DNA of 64,000 nucleotides from Gemmatales bacterium (GTDB lineage Bacteria; Planctomycetota; Planctomycetia; Gemmatales; Gemmataceae): NCBI GenBank assembly GCA_038230995.1, contig JBBRME010000001.1, positions 799 to 64,798 of the forward strand, read 5' to 3'. Shown piece by piece: positions 55,370 to 64,000 of this stretch (position 1 is its first letter; each line of letters starts with the position of its first letter). The notes under the pieces were generated by a model. It saw only the letters and a program-made list of their open reading frames with translations, ran no database searches and was not told where the DNA came from. The position numbers and the translations under genes were made by a program.

Positions 55370-56983
55370 ATGGCCATGAATACTCCCCGCTATCTCACTT
55401 CGTTTGAAACACAGAAGGCACTGCACCGCTTCACAGATGTACTTGTGATTGGCGCTGGAATTGCCGGTTTGCGAGCCGCGTTGGAAGTACCAACCGACAT
55501 GGACGTGCTGGTGATTACCAAGGACAAAATCACCGAGAGCAACAGCACCTACGCCCAGGGTGGCATCGCCGGGGTGCGCAGCCCGGAAGATACGTTCGAG
55601 AACCACGTCAACGACACACTGGTGGCTGGCGATGGCCTGTGCGATCCGGAGATTGTCGAGGAAGTTGTGCGTGAAGCACCGGACGAAATCCTCAAGCTCG
55701 TCGAATGGGGCACGAAGTTCGACATCGAGAACGGTGAGTTGGCTCTGACACGCGAAGGTGGCCACAGCCACCGCCGCATTGTGCACGCCTTAGGCGACAG
55801 CACAGGCTACGAAGTGATGCGGGCGATCATCGCCAAGGCCAAGGCTACCGAGAACGTCACCATCTGGGATGAAACGTTTACCATCGACTTGCTCACGCAT
55901 GAAGGAGCATGTGTCGGGGCCGTGGCTTGGCGACCAGGCATTACCAAGGAACTGATCTGGGCGAAGCAGGTGATCCTCGCCAGTGGCGGTTGCGGCATGG
56001 TGTACCGCGAAACCACCAACCCGCCGATTGCCACCGGCGACGGTATGGCTGCTGCCTATCGGGCCGGTGCCAAGCTGCGCGACATGGAGTTCATGCAGTT
56101 CCACCCAACGATTCTGTATGTGGCCGGTTCAGCACGCTACTTGGTCAGTGAAGCGGTGCGTGGTGAAGGTGCTTACTTGCGTGATGTTCACGGCGAACGC
56201 TTCATGTTGAAGGAGGACCCACGCCTGGAACTCGCCCCGCGTGATGTGGTGGCCCGCGCCATCTTCCGCACCATGGAGCGTACCCAGCACCCCAACGTCT
56301 ATCTCGACCTTTCACACCTCTCGAAAGAGTTGGTGCAGACCCGCTTTCCCGGTATCAGCAAGGTGTGTGCGGGCTTCAGTCTGGACATCACGAAGGATCG
56401 CATACCCGTGCGGCCCGGCGCACACTACATGATCGGCGGCATGGTGGTGGACAATCAGGGTCGCAGTACCGTGCCGAACTTGTGGGGCGCCGGGGAAGTA
56501 ACCAGCAGCGGACTGCACGGGGCCAACCGGCTGGCGTCAAACAGCTTGATCGAAGGGTTGGTGTACGGGGCCAAGTGTGGGCGCGGTGCCGCGGAGGCGG
56601 CCCGCCGGATGCCTTGGCAAGTGAGTGTGCTCCCGCTGAAGAACAACATGAACGACACCATCAGCGAGCCGTTGGATACGTCGGACGTGATGAACTCACT
56701 GCGGGCCATGATGGTGCGCAAGATGGGCATCGTGCGGGATCGCACCCGGCTGGATGAAGCCAAGCATGATGTCGAGTTCTGGTGCAACTACGTGCTGAAG
56801 CGGGAGTTCAAGGACCGCGACGGATGGGAACTGCAAAACCTGCTCACCGTGGCCCGCTTGATGATCGAAGCCGCCACCAAGCGAGAAGAATCACGCGGCA
56901 CCCACTTCCGCAGCGACTTCCCCACCCACCGTGACGAAGAATGGGGCACGAAGCACGTGGTGAGCGAGGGGCGGACGAGTTGA
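55370..56983 (+). CDS. nadB: L-aspartate oxidase
   Basis: DVLVIGAGIAGLRAAL, YAQGGIA, RHSHRRIVH-like, HYMIGG, and C-terminal ESRGTHFR. Start ATG 55370 or 55376 inside ORF 55208..56983. Confidence 0.92.
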   Translation: MAMNTPRYLTSFETQKALHRFTDVLVIGAGIAGLRAALEVPTDMDVLVITKDKITESNSTYAQGGIAGVRSPEDTFENHVNDTLVAGDGLCDPEIVEEVVREAPDEILKLVEWGTKFDIENGELALTREGGHSHRRIVHALGDSTGYEVMRAIIAKAKATENVTIWDETFTIDLLTHEGACVGAVAWRPGITKELIWAKQVILASGGCGMVYRETTNPPIATGDGMAAAYRAGAKLRDMEFMQFHPTILYVAGSARYLVSEAVRGEGAYLRDVHGERFMLKEDPRLELAPRDVVARAIFRTMERTQHPNVYLDLSHLSKELVQTRFPGISKVCAGFSLDITKDRIPVRPGAHYMIGGMVVDNQGRSTVPNLWGAGEVTSSGLHGANRLASNSLIEGLVYGAKCGRGAAEAARRMPWQVSVLPLKNNMNDTISEPLDTSDVMNSLRAMMVRKMGIVRDRTRLDEAKHDVEFWCNYVLKREFKDRDGWELQNLLTVARLMIEAATKREESRGTHFRSDFPTHRDEEWGTKHVVSEGRTS

Positions 56984-57329
56984 TTAGCCTTCTAGGAGCA
57001 GTCGGATTTTCTCGATGACTTCATCAACAACTTCGATGGGAGCAACGCCTGCGAATTGTGCTTGCCGACTTCGCCAGTCCAGATTTTTTAACGTGGTCGG
57101 CTAGCACCACTCCAGTAACTGCTAACCCAATTGGTAGCGGAACTTCAAATGGATACCCTTTGGCCTGATTTGTGATCGGGCAAAACAGTGCAAGTCCGGT
57201 TGCCAAGTTGTACGAGAGTGGCGACAGAACGATTGCAGGTCGATTTCCTGCTTGTTCGTGACCAGATTGTGGACTAAAAGTCAACCAAACCAGATGCCCA
57301 CGACCCGGTGCTGATGGTTGTGAAATCAC
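56984..57329 (-). pseudogene. mazF: mazF/pemK-family toxin gene interrupted by a +1 nt frameshift in an A6 run (T6 on the + strand, 57084-57089)
   Basis: ORF 57024..57329 matches MazF up to VLADHVK, then becomes unrelated (KSGLAKSASTIRRRCSHRSC). Removing one A restores NLDWRSRQAQFAGVAPIEVVDEVIEKIRLLLEG-stop (TAA at 56986-56984). This parallels the E. coli MazF C-terminus. Confidence 0.75.
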
Positions 57330-57562
57330 AGCGACTCACCACCGATAGCTGTCCCAGTTTGCCATTCATGGTGTGTGTTTTCCACTGTGATTTGTGCAAT
57401 CAAATCTGCGAGTTTGACTGAGGGCTTTTGGCCAATGACCAGTTCACCGTTCCGCACAGACACATTGGCTTCACTGTGATGACTCAAACCCGCCTCAGCG
57501 ATGAGATTGTTCGGAATCATTACTGCAACGCTGGTCGACTGATGTTCAAGCTGAGCTACCAT
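57326..57562 (-). CDS. mazE: MazE/AbrB-SpoVT family antitoxin
   Basis: 78 aa. The SpoVT/AbrB-like N-terminus (STSVAVMIPNNLIAEAGL...VSVRNGELVI) overlaps mazF by 4 nt. Confidence 0.8.
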   Translation of the reverse strand: MVAQLEHQSTSVAVMIPNNLIAEAGLSHHSEANVSVRNGELVIGQKPSVKLADLIAQITVENTHHEWQTGTAIGGESL

Positions 57563-57615
57563 GTTTCACCTCTTTAAGTTCAGCTTAACCACACTGTTTC
57601 CTGAACACAACTCGT

Positions 57616-58104
57616 TTACCGCTCAGCCCTCAGTTGTTCATAGGCATCCTTCAATGCAATCGCCGACGTGCTACCGCTGCCAGTGTAGCTGCTTAGTACG
57701 CCTGAAGCCGATTGCGTTTGCACTCGTACGTCGTAACCGTTCTCTCGGCGAATAGGTGAGTACACCTTGGCCCCAACTCGTTCGAGATCTTGCTTAAGTT
57801 GCTCCGGTGTGGCACCGTTGGAACTAGCCAAGCTTGATCGACTGGTCAGGCTGCTACCCTTCTTGTCGTAGCCCGGGCGAAGCTCAATGAGATCATTATT
57901 CCAGCGGTCGCGGTCGGCCCGCAGGAAAGGGTCTTTAGCTGTATCTTTTCGTTCTCGCCCGGTCGGCACGTTCGGGTTGGGTATCCGCTCACCGAGGAAC
58001 GGATCGCGCTTGTTTAACTGATCATTACGCACCTGCTTTTCGGACTGACAGCCCACTGTCAGAGATAACACGGTTACCATCAACGCGATTGAGACCTTGC
58101 ACAT
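57616..58104 (-). CDS. hypothetical lipoprotein
   Basis: Lipobox in MCKVSIALMVTVLSLTVGC. The mature part is hydrophilic. No family recognised. Confidence 0.65.
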   Translation of the reverse strand: MCKVSIALMVTVLSLTVGCQSEKQVRNDQLNKRDPFLGERIPNPNVPTGRERKDTAKDPFLRADRDRWNNDLIELRPGYDKKGSSLTSRSSLASSNGATPEQLKQDLERVGAKVYSPIRRENGYDVRVQTQSASGVLSSYTGSGSTSAIALKDAYEQLRAER

Positions 58105-58302
58105 TGGCTTTACCTCTCCCGGCCACGGGCGTTCCCGCTCCGTAAACTTTACCCGCCAAGTGACTGGTCATGCTGTGTGTTGGTTCTGGAATGTGACAAC
58201 CACAGCACCCGCGCTGGCAAAGCCTGAGCCGTGCTACGGTTGTGCGTATGGCACCGGACAGGACGATCACGAAAACTGGGATACTTCAGAAGGGGATGAC
58301 GG

Positions 58303-59367
58303 ATGGTAGTTCACAAAATCGCCGTGATTGGTGGCGATGGCATCGGGCCGGAAGTGATCGATCAAGCAGTGCGAGTGCTGGAGAAAGTCGTCGCCAAGTA
58401 CGATGCTGGACACACACTTGAACTCAACCTGCTCCCTTGGGGGTCGGCATTTTATCGCCAGCATGCCCGCATCATGCCCACCGATGGCTGGGACATTCTT
58501 GCCAAGCACGATGCGATTCTGTTTGGTGCGGTTGGCTCAGCAGATGTGCCAGATCAGGTGACAATCCACGAGTTCCTCCTGCCCATGCGGCGGAAGTTCG
58601 ACCAGTACGTCAACATGCGCCCGGCGTACTTGTTCGATGGTGTGCCGTGTCCGCTGGTGGGCAAGAAGCCTGGCGACATCGACATGCTGGTCTATCGCGA
58701 AAACACCGAAGGCGAATACGCCCCAGTGGGTGGCAAGCTCTACCCCGGTACGCCGAACGAAGTGGCCATCCAGAACGCCGTGTTCACCCGTGGCGGTTGC
58801 GATCGCATTCTTCGGGCTGGCTTTGAAGCAGCCCGCAAACGCCCACGCCGGAAGCTCACCAGCATCACCAAATCGAACGCCCTGATCTACGGCCTTACGC
58901 TGTGGGACGATGCATACAATGCCATCCGCAAAGAGTACCCGGATGTGCATTCGAACTCGCTATTGGTGGATGCCGCAGCGATGGACTTCGTCCGCAAGCC
59001 CGAGAGTTTCGACATTGTGGTGGCCAGCAATTTGTTTGGCGACATACTCACCGACCTGAGCGCCGCGGTTGCGGGTAGCATCGGCTTGGCCAGCAGCGCG
59101 AACATTAACCCAACCAAACAGTTCCCCAGCATGTTCGAGCCAGTGCATGGCAGCGCGCCGGACATCGCGGGGCAGGGTATTGCCAACCCGTTGGCAGCGG
59201 TGTTGAGCAGCGCTTTATTGCTTGATCATCTGGAGTTGTCGAACAGTGGCAACGCGGTGCGAAAGGCTGTAGCTGAGGTGCTACGAACCGGTCAAGCCAA
59301 AACCAAAGACGTGGGCGGAACCGCGACGACGGCCGAAGTGGGGGAGGCGTTGCTCAAGGCGATTTAA
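58303..59367 (+). CDS. tartrate dehydrogenase/decarboxylase / D-malate dehydrogenase family (isocitrate-isopropylmalate dehydrogenase superfamily)
   Basis: [46 protein letters not shown] and [18 protein letters not shown]. The overall pattern is closest to TtuC-type enzymes. Confidence 0.88.
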   Translation: MVVHKIAVIGGDGIGPEVIDQAVRVLEKVVAKYDAGHTLELNLLPWGSAFYRQHARIMPTDGWDILAKHDAILFGAVGSADVPDQVTIHEFLLPMRRKFDQYVNMRPAYLFDGVPCPLVGKKPGDIDMLVYRENTEGEYAPVGGKLYPGTPNEVAIQNAVFTRGGCDRILRAGFEAARKRPRRKLTSITKSNALIYGLTLWDDAYNAIRKEYPDVHSNSLLVDAAAMDFVRKPESFDIVVASNLFGDILTDLSAAVAGSIGLASSANINPTKQFPSMFEPVHGSAPDIAGQGIANPLAAVLSSALLLDHLELSNSGNAVRKAVAEVLRTGQAKTKDVGGTATTAEVGEALLKAI

Positions 59368-59567
59368 CCGGCGTTCGAGCCAGTCTGCGGAGTGATTTCC
59401 GGCTTCACACCGTGAATCGCTTCGTAGACTTCTTGACGATGCACAGGCACATCTTTCGGTGCGACGATCCCGAGGCGAACCTTGTCGCCACGCACTTCGA
59501 CGATGGTAATGACGATGTCGTTGTTAATAACGATCGACTCATCTTTCTTTCGGGTGAGCACCAGCAT
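59364..59567 (-). CDS. csrA: carbon storage regulator CsrA
   Basis: [51 protein letters not shown] is near-consensus CsrA. AAGGAUGG lies in the SD region. Confidence 0.9.
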   Translation of the reverse strand: MLVLTRKKDESIVINNDIVITIVEVRGDKVRLGIVAPKDVPVHRQEVYEAIHGVKPEITPQTGSNAG

Positions 59568-59848
59568 GGGAAGCCATCCTTTGAATCACCGCCACTCCGT
59601 AGCTTTGTGATTTCCCTTGAGCCAAACACCCCGACCGGCGAGCTATCAGTGGCCCGTCCAACGGCAAGGTGTACAAACAAAGTATAATCTGGGGTATCTG
59701 AGACAATCCACGGAAACTGTTGCGAATACCAGTGTTCAAGCTACTCTCGAGTGCCTTTTAGAGGTGGTTGTTCAACGATTTCTTGTTAAAAGCAGCTCAA
59801 ATCTCGATTCATGCTAAACCCAGATACAAAGCACGTCTTCTTCAAATA

Positions 59849-60349
59849 TCAACAAAATTCTTGCTCCGACAGTTGGGATTCGGGACGAATCCACTCCTGC
59901 AGGAGTTTGCTGTGGCGTGAACCCGTCGCCTGCACCATCCACATACGCCGATGCTCATCCACTCGGCTCATTTCGATTTGCAGTCTCTCCGAAGGCAATG
60001 CCTCCGGTACTCTGTCGGCCCATTCCACGAGGCACACACCATCGCCAGCGAAGTATTCCGCCGCACCGAGGTCAGCAAACTCGTGCCAGTTCTTCAGGCG
60101 GTAAGCATCAAAGTGGTAGATCGGCAATCGGGCCGGGTACTCTTGGATCAACACAAACGTGGGGCTGTTCACCGCAGCCGGGTTCTTCACATACAACCCA
60201 TCCGCCACGGCTTTGGTGAAGTGCGTTTTGCCGACCCCCATCGGGCCGATGAGGGCAATCACCGCACCGGGAAACAGCAACGGCCCCAACTGTTGGCCCA
60301 GTTCCTCCGTGGCAGACAGGTTTTGGACTTCGATTCGGAAGGAAGACAT
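59849..60349 (-). CDS. tsaE: tRNA threonylcarbamoyladenosine biosynthesis protein TsaE
   Basis: P-loop GPMGVGKTHF, SPTFVLIQEY, HFDAYRL and LVEWADR, the TsaE hallmarks. Confidence 0.9.
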   Translation of the reverse strand: MSSFRIEVQNLSATEELGQQLGPLLFPGAVIALIGPMGVGKTHFTKAVADGLYVKNPAAVNSPTFVLIQEYPARLPIYHFDAYRLKNWHEFADLGAAEYFAGDGVCLVEWADRVPEALPSERLQIEMSRVDEHRRMWMVQATGSRHSKLLQEWIRPESQLSEQEFC

Positions 60350-60350
60350 G

Positions 60351-60453
60351 ATTCACCGCAGAGGGCACAGGAGGGCACGAGAGCAAAGCTGTGAAGACTT
60401 CAGATCCAACTCTCCATGTTTCTCATGTGCTCTCTCGTGCCCTCTGCGGTGAA
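60351..60453. repeat. family-C long imperfect palindrome filling the prfB-tsaE gap
   Basis: ATTCACCGCAGAGGGCACAGGAGGGCACGAGAGC ... GTGCTCTCTCGTGCCCTCTGCGGTGAAT. Confidence 0.85.
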
Positions 60454-60464
60454 TCCTTTTTTCA

Positions 60465-61596
60465 CTACCCCTTCTGGGCCGCCACCTTGTTGGCCTTGGC
60501 CGTCTTGTACCGCAGGTACGCGTACATGAACTCATCCAATACAGGGCCGCCGTCCAGTGCATCGTTTACCGCTGGCGACTTCATCTCGATGCCATCACGT
60601 TCATCGCGGATGAGCGTGTACGGCTGCATCACGTAACTGCGGATCTGGTTGCCGAAGGAGATTTCGCCCTTGGCGTCGTACCGGTTGGCAATGTCACCCA
60701 GCCGCTTCTGCTCTTCGATCTGGTACAACCGAGCCTTGAGCAGTGCCAACGCATTGGCATAGTTCTTCGGCTGACTGCGCTCAGTACGGCTTTCAGCCCG
60801 CACGCCGGACTTGTGGATCAACCGCACGCCGGACTGCGTCTTGTTCTGGTGCTGACCGCCCGGCCCACCGGAGCAGAACGTCTGCATTTCCAGTTCTTTT
60901 TCATTTACTACGATGTCGATGGTGTCGTCCACCTCCGGGGTCACGTCCACACCCACGAAGCTGGTCTGCCGGGTGCCGCCGTCGCCGAACGGGCTGATCC
61001 GCACGAAGCGGTGCGAGCCGATTTCGGCCTGCAAGTATCCGTAGGCATACTCGCCCTTCACGCGGAACTCGCAGCTCTGCACGCCGGCTTCCATGTTCGG
61101 TACTTCGTCGATGTCCTCGATTTCAAAACCCTGCCGCTTGGCCCACATGATGTACATGCGGCGGAGTCGCTCGGCCCAATCGCAGGCATCGGTTCCGCCT
61201 TGCCCGGCTTGCAACCGCACAAGGGCATTGGAACCGTCCTGCTTGCCGGACATCATGGCCTTGAGTTCAAACTCGCCAAGTTTCGTCTCGGCATCGAGAA
61301 GTGCAGGTTCAATTTCGCTCTCGAAACTGGGGTCTTCGTCGGCCAGCTCGCCCATCGCGGCGATGTCCGAGTGTGCCAGCGTTAGTTCTTCGAAGGGCTT
61401 CAAGATCGCGTTGACAACCTTGATCTTCTGGATCACACCCTGTGCGGATTCCGGATGATCCCAGAACGTCGGAGCGAGTTGTTTGGCTTCGAGTTCGTCG
61501 CGGACCTTGGTTTTGCCAAGGACGTCAAAGCGACCTCCGGAGAGCGGCCAAACGGTTCGCCACATCATCGGTGCGTCGGCGGAGATCTGCGTTCAT
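60465..61596 (-). CDS. prfB: peptide chain release factor 2, expressed through a programmed +1 ribosomal frameshift
   Basis: The long ORF 60465..61568 has SPF (RISPFGDGG) and GGQ (GGPGGQHQNK). The true start is ATG 61596-61594. Frame 0 reads MNADLRRRTDDVANRLAALRRSL, then TGA (61527-61525). A +1 shift at CTT TGA C continues as DVLGKTKVRDELEAKQ.... Confidence 0.92.
61525..61538 (-). promoter_or_regulatory. RF2 autoregulatory frameshift site (GGAGG-N3-CUU UGA C)
   Basis: The minus strand reads ...CTC CGG AGG TCG CTT TGA CGT CC.... The internal SD-like GGAGG lies 3 nt before the slippery CUU, followed by in-frame UGA and then C. Confidence 0.9.
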
Positions 61597-61883
61597 CGTT
61601 CCAGTTCCTGAGTCGGTTGAGTTAAGTAGTTCATCTTAGTGGACGTGTGTAGGGAACCCAAGGGAAGCATTGGCATCCCGCACGTGATGCGAAACGTCTA
61701 CTACAGTTCGGAACACCGATGGACTTTGATTTTGAACGCCGGAGGCGTGACGGAGTGTAGCCTGGGTGTGACTGAGCGAAGCGAAGGAACCCCAGGTTCA
61801 ATCGCAGTTAAAGAAGATTCGAGAGTTGGCTGCTTCGCCACACCGTGGCTCGATTCTTTTCCACTATTTACATTTGCATCAAC

Positions 61884-64000
61884 TTACTCGTCGGATTCGA
61901 CGTTGCTCTGGTATTTTTCTAGAATTTCAGCAAGCGAATCCATTGCATTTTTGTAAATGCTTTTCCACATAGTACGAACAGTTGTATCGAGTATGTTTTC
62001 AGCGCACTTTTCGAGATAACTAACAAAACTAGCGCACCGAATCAGCCGATCATCAAATGAATGCACATCTCGTATATCGATACTGGCTACACGATCCATA
62101 ATTGGCGTGTCTACAGTAACGGCATCAAGATAAGGGAAGAAGCTTACTAAATGTGTGATATGGTATCTTCCCAGCTGCGTTATGCAAATCTCTTTGATAT
62201 CATCTGACCAGATTTCAAGTGGTTCGCGTGAATCAATGCACTTTCGATTGAAAAGATAAGATATTGTCCACATGGCATGGCCAACTGTATAGCCGCACTT
62301 GCAAAGATGAGCTGTAACATCGGACACACGTGCAAAAACTTGCTGTTGTTGAGTACTGGCTAGCGATAGTAAGAAACTAAGCGACGATAAGCGTGTAAAA
62401 TGCTCAAGTGGGTTGGCACGTTGGACGTCGAACAAATTACAGAATGGACTCGAAATCGGGTTGTAATGCACTGAATCGCCAAGCATTAGCGTCCGTACAA
62501 CGTGAAAAACACGTATTCGATAGCTTGCATCATTTTGGTAATTGTCTGCTATGTCTTTGCTATCTAAGAACTTGCTGGCTAGAAACCGTTTTACCATATC
62601 GAGCATTGCACGAGTGTTGCTATTCGCAGCAGATGAAAAAATCGCAACTAATTCGCCTCCCCCTTTACTACGAAGTGAATCAATTAAGCACTGCAACACC
62701 GCTGCAACTGTCTGCATCTCGTAACTGAATCTTGAACCATATTTTGATTCTCGACCCGCTTGAATTTTCAATTTGCCTTCTGCATATAGCTTCGCGAACT
62801 TTAGTCTTCGTGCAAGAACGTGGTCTCCATCAGCGCTAGTAATAGATATAACCTTTGTTGAAACGGAGTCCAACACGCCTGAGTCACTAGATTTGTAGAA
62901 TGTAGTTGGACGCAGACATATAAACACAAGACAAGCCCAGTCTCTTGCAATCGCAGATGCACGCAGATATGCCTCTTCTTGCAAGTCTTCACGCCTGTCC
63001 AAATTGTCCATAAATATTGCAATCGAATACTGTCTCTGTGCGCGAAGGTTGATAAAGACCCGCTTAAAGAACTCATGCTTATCTGAGCATATGCTAGAAA
63101 TAAATTCTAGCTCAGCCTTGATGTACTCTGGCGATTCAGGTTTGTATGCTTTTGCTACTGGAGTGTTTTTAAATCGCTTCAGATCATTCCCAAGTGCAGA
63201 TCGTACTAGAGAATCACTAATCACATCTAGATTATAGGGTGGCTTTTGTAACTGATCTTCAATCGAGCTATAAATGTAGTTCGCGACTTCGCTTGCGTTT
63301 GTTGGCCTGTCCAAAAAATCCACGTCAAGCTGAATGTACTTTTGTAGTGTTTTGGATGCCTCAACCATTCTTAGGTAACGCAAGAATGTCGTCTTTCCGT
63401 TGCCTATATTGCCCAATACTATTATAGGCCTTTGTGGCTGATACTTTGCAATCAAGCCTGTGACATTGGTTGAATTTAGAATCGCTGCAGTCACGGTTTC
63501 GTCGTTTTTGTATTTCTGATTTATGATTTCTTTTGCAAATTCCAATGTCGCAGCTTTTGCAGTTGGTACAACATAACATTCTTGCAAAAATTCAAGTTCA
63601 AGTTCTTCGTTCTGAATATCATTCCATACGTCGCCGAGTACTAGTGCAAGCTCTTCCGCTGCTTGGTTGGGATGAGCAGGTGCGGGATAACCAATGATAC
63701 GTTGCGCGAGTTTGTTTGGTGGAGGTGCCGCACGTGAGTCCAACAATCTGTCTAGCACTTGATTTCCTGCAACGCCGCGTGGGCTGAAACACTCCCAAAA
63801 CAACCTGAACTTTACTTCGATAGCCTCGAATGATTCGAATACAATTACTGAACGATCAGAAACAGCAACGCTGTCAAGGTAAGATAGAGATATCAGCCAC
63901 TGATGCCCGTTAGTTATTGCAATGTAACGTGCGCCAAGGCTTGCTGCATAGCCAGTTGCTTGTCTTAGGGCCTGTCTCGAAATAAGTGTTACAACTTTTT
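61884..64000 (-). CDS. large AT-rich foreign gene: HsdR-N/Mrr-like segment + P-loop NTPase + helical C-terminal domain (N-terminus beyond window end)
   Basis: The ORF track gives 61884..63803 (TTG start). Manual translation of 63804-63998 in the same frame has no stop (KVVTLISRQALRQATGYAASLGARYIAITNGHQWLISLSYLD...). Walker A is IVLGNIGNGKTTFL and Walker B-like is SIAIFMDNLDRRE. Confidence 0.7.
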   Translation of the reverse strand, partial: KVVTLISRQALRQATGYAASLGARYIAITNGHQWLISLSYLDSVAVSDRSVIVFESFEAIEVKFRLFWECFSPRGVAGNQVLDRLLDSRAAPPPNKLAQRIIGYPAPAHPNQAAEELALVLGDVWNDIQNEELELEFLQECYVVPTAKAATLEFAKEIINQKYKNDETVTAAILNSTNVTGLIAKYQPQRPIIVLGNIGNGKTTFLRYLRMVEASKTLQKYIQLDVDFLDRPTNASEVANYIYSSIEDQLQKPPYNLDVISDSLVRSALGNDLKRFKNTPVAKAYKPESPEYIKAELEFISSICSDKHEFFKRVFINLRAQRQYSIAIFMDNLDRREDLQEEAYLRASAIARDWACLVFICLRPTTFYKSSDSGVLDSVSTKVISITSADGDHVLARRLKFAKLYAEGKLKIQAGRESKYGSRFSYEMQTVAAVLQCLIDSLRSKGGGELVAIFSSAANSNTRAMLDMVKRFLASKFLDSKDIADNYQNDASYRIRVFHVVRTLMLGDSVHYNPISSPFCNLFDVQRANPLEHFTRLSSLSFLLSLASTQQQQVFARVSDVTAHLCKCGYTVGHAMWTISYLFNRKCIDSREPLEIWSDDIKEICITQLGRYHITHLVSFFPYLDAVTVDTPIMDRVASIDIRDVHSFDDRLIRCASFVSYLEKCAENILDTTVRTMWKSIYKNAMDSLAEILEKYQSNVESDE

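Noticed and set aside
57024-57562. mazEF as part of a larger mobile element or prophage
   Set aside because: No integrase, transposase or phage genes flank it, and the neighbours are nadB and a lipoprotein gene. Only the two-gene module looks accessory.
61740-61810. tRNA or tRNA fragment as an island attachment site (CCCAGGTTCAATC resembles a T-arm)
   Set aside because: No complementary T-stem, acceptor stem or anticodon arm can be drawn. The sequence is better explained as a REP-D-like hairpin.

Overview
This 64-kb window is chromosomal DNA from a GC-rich bacterium, by eye in the upper 50s % G+C. It is very probably a member of the Planctomycetota. The evidence is two DUF1501 sulfatase-like proteins with Tat signals, a DUF1559 pseudopilin-like protein with the DGTSNT motif, an N-terminal LESLEGREVPA motif on a beta-helix/DUF4214 protein, and dense REP-like palindromes.

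About 60 protein genes are packed on both strands. Most are housekeeping: holA, nadK, clpS, gspE/gspF-type secretion ATPase and platform, parA, ybeY, thiO, murB, a hemN-like gene, hisI, rluD, pheT, rlmI, nuoH, pdxJ, nadB, csrA, tsaE and prfB. I found no rRNA, tRNA, CRISPR array, integrase or transposase.

Features the ORF track does not explain:
1. prfB uses the classical +1 programmed frameshift (CTT TGA C preceded by GGAGG). Its true start is at 61596.
2. The mazEF module has a mazF disrupted by one extra base in a T6/A6 homopolymer.
3. An AT-rich (roughly 40% G+C by eye) foreign island starts about 61.86 kb. It consists of one large gene that runs off the window and encodes an HsdR-N/Mrr-like segment fused to a P-loop NTPase and a C-terminal helical domain. 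This is the best candidate for an undescribed defence-type system.
4. Six 36-bp direct repeats plus an inverted copy lie immediately upstream of an orphan parA. parA is followed by two tandem paralogous membrane proteins.
5. A DUF1501 gene is bracketed by about 82-nt inverted repeats of about 95% identity.
6. At least five REP/palindrome families occupy gene junctions. One copy sits in frame inside a signal-peptide coding region.
7. A 26-codon, highly basic, bS22-like micro-ORF has a strong Shine-Dalgarno sequence.
8. A membrane-anchored P-loop GTPase-like gene is translationally coupled to murB.
9. A small-protein/HNH-endonuclease pair is joined by a 4-nt overlap.

All functional calls rest on motif recognition from the translated ORFs. 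No searches were run. Start codons are my best choice and several are uncertain.
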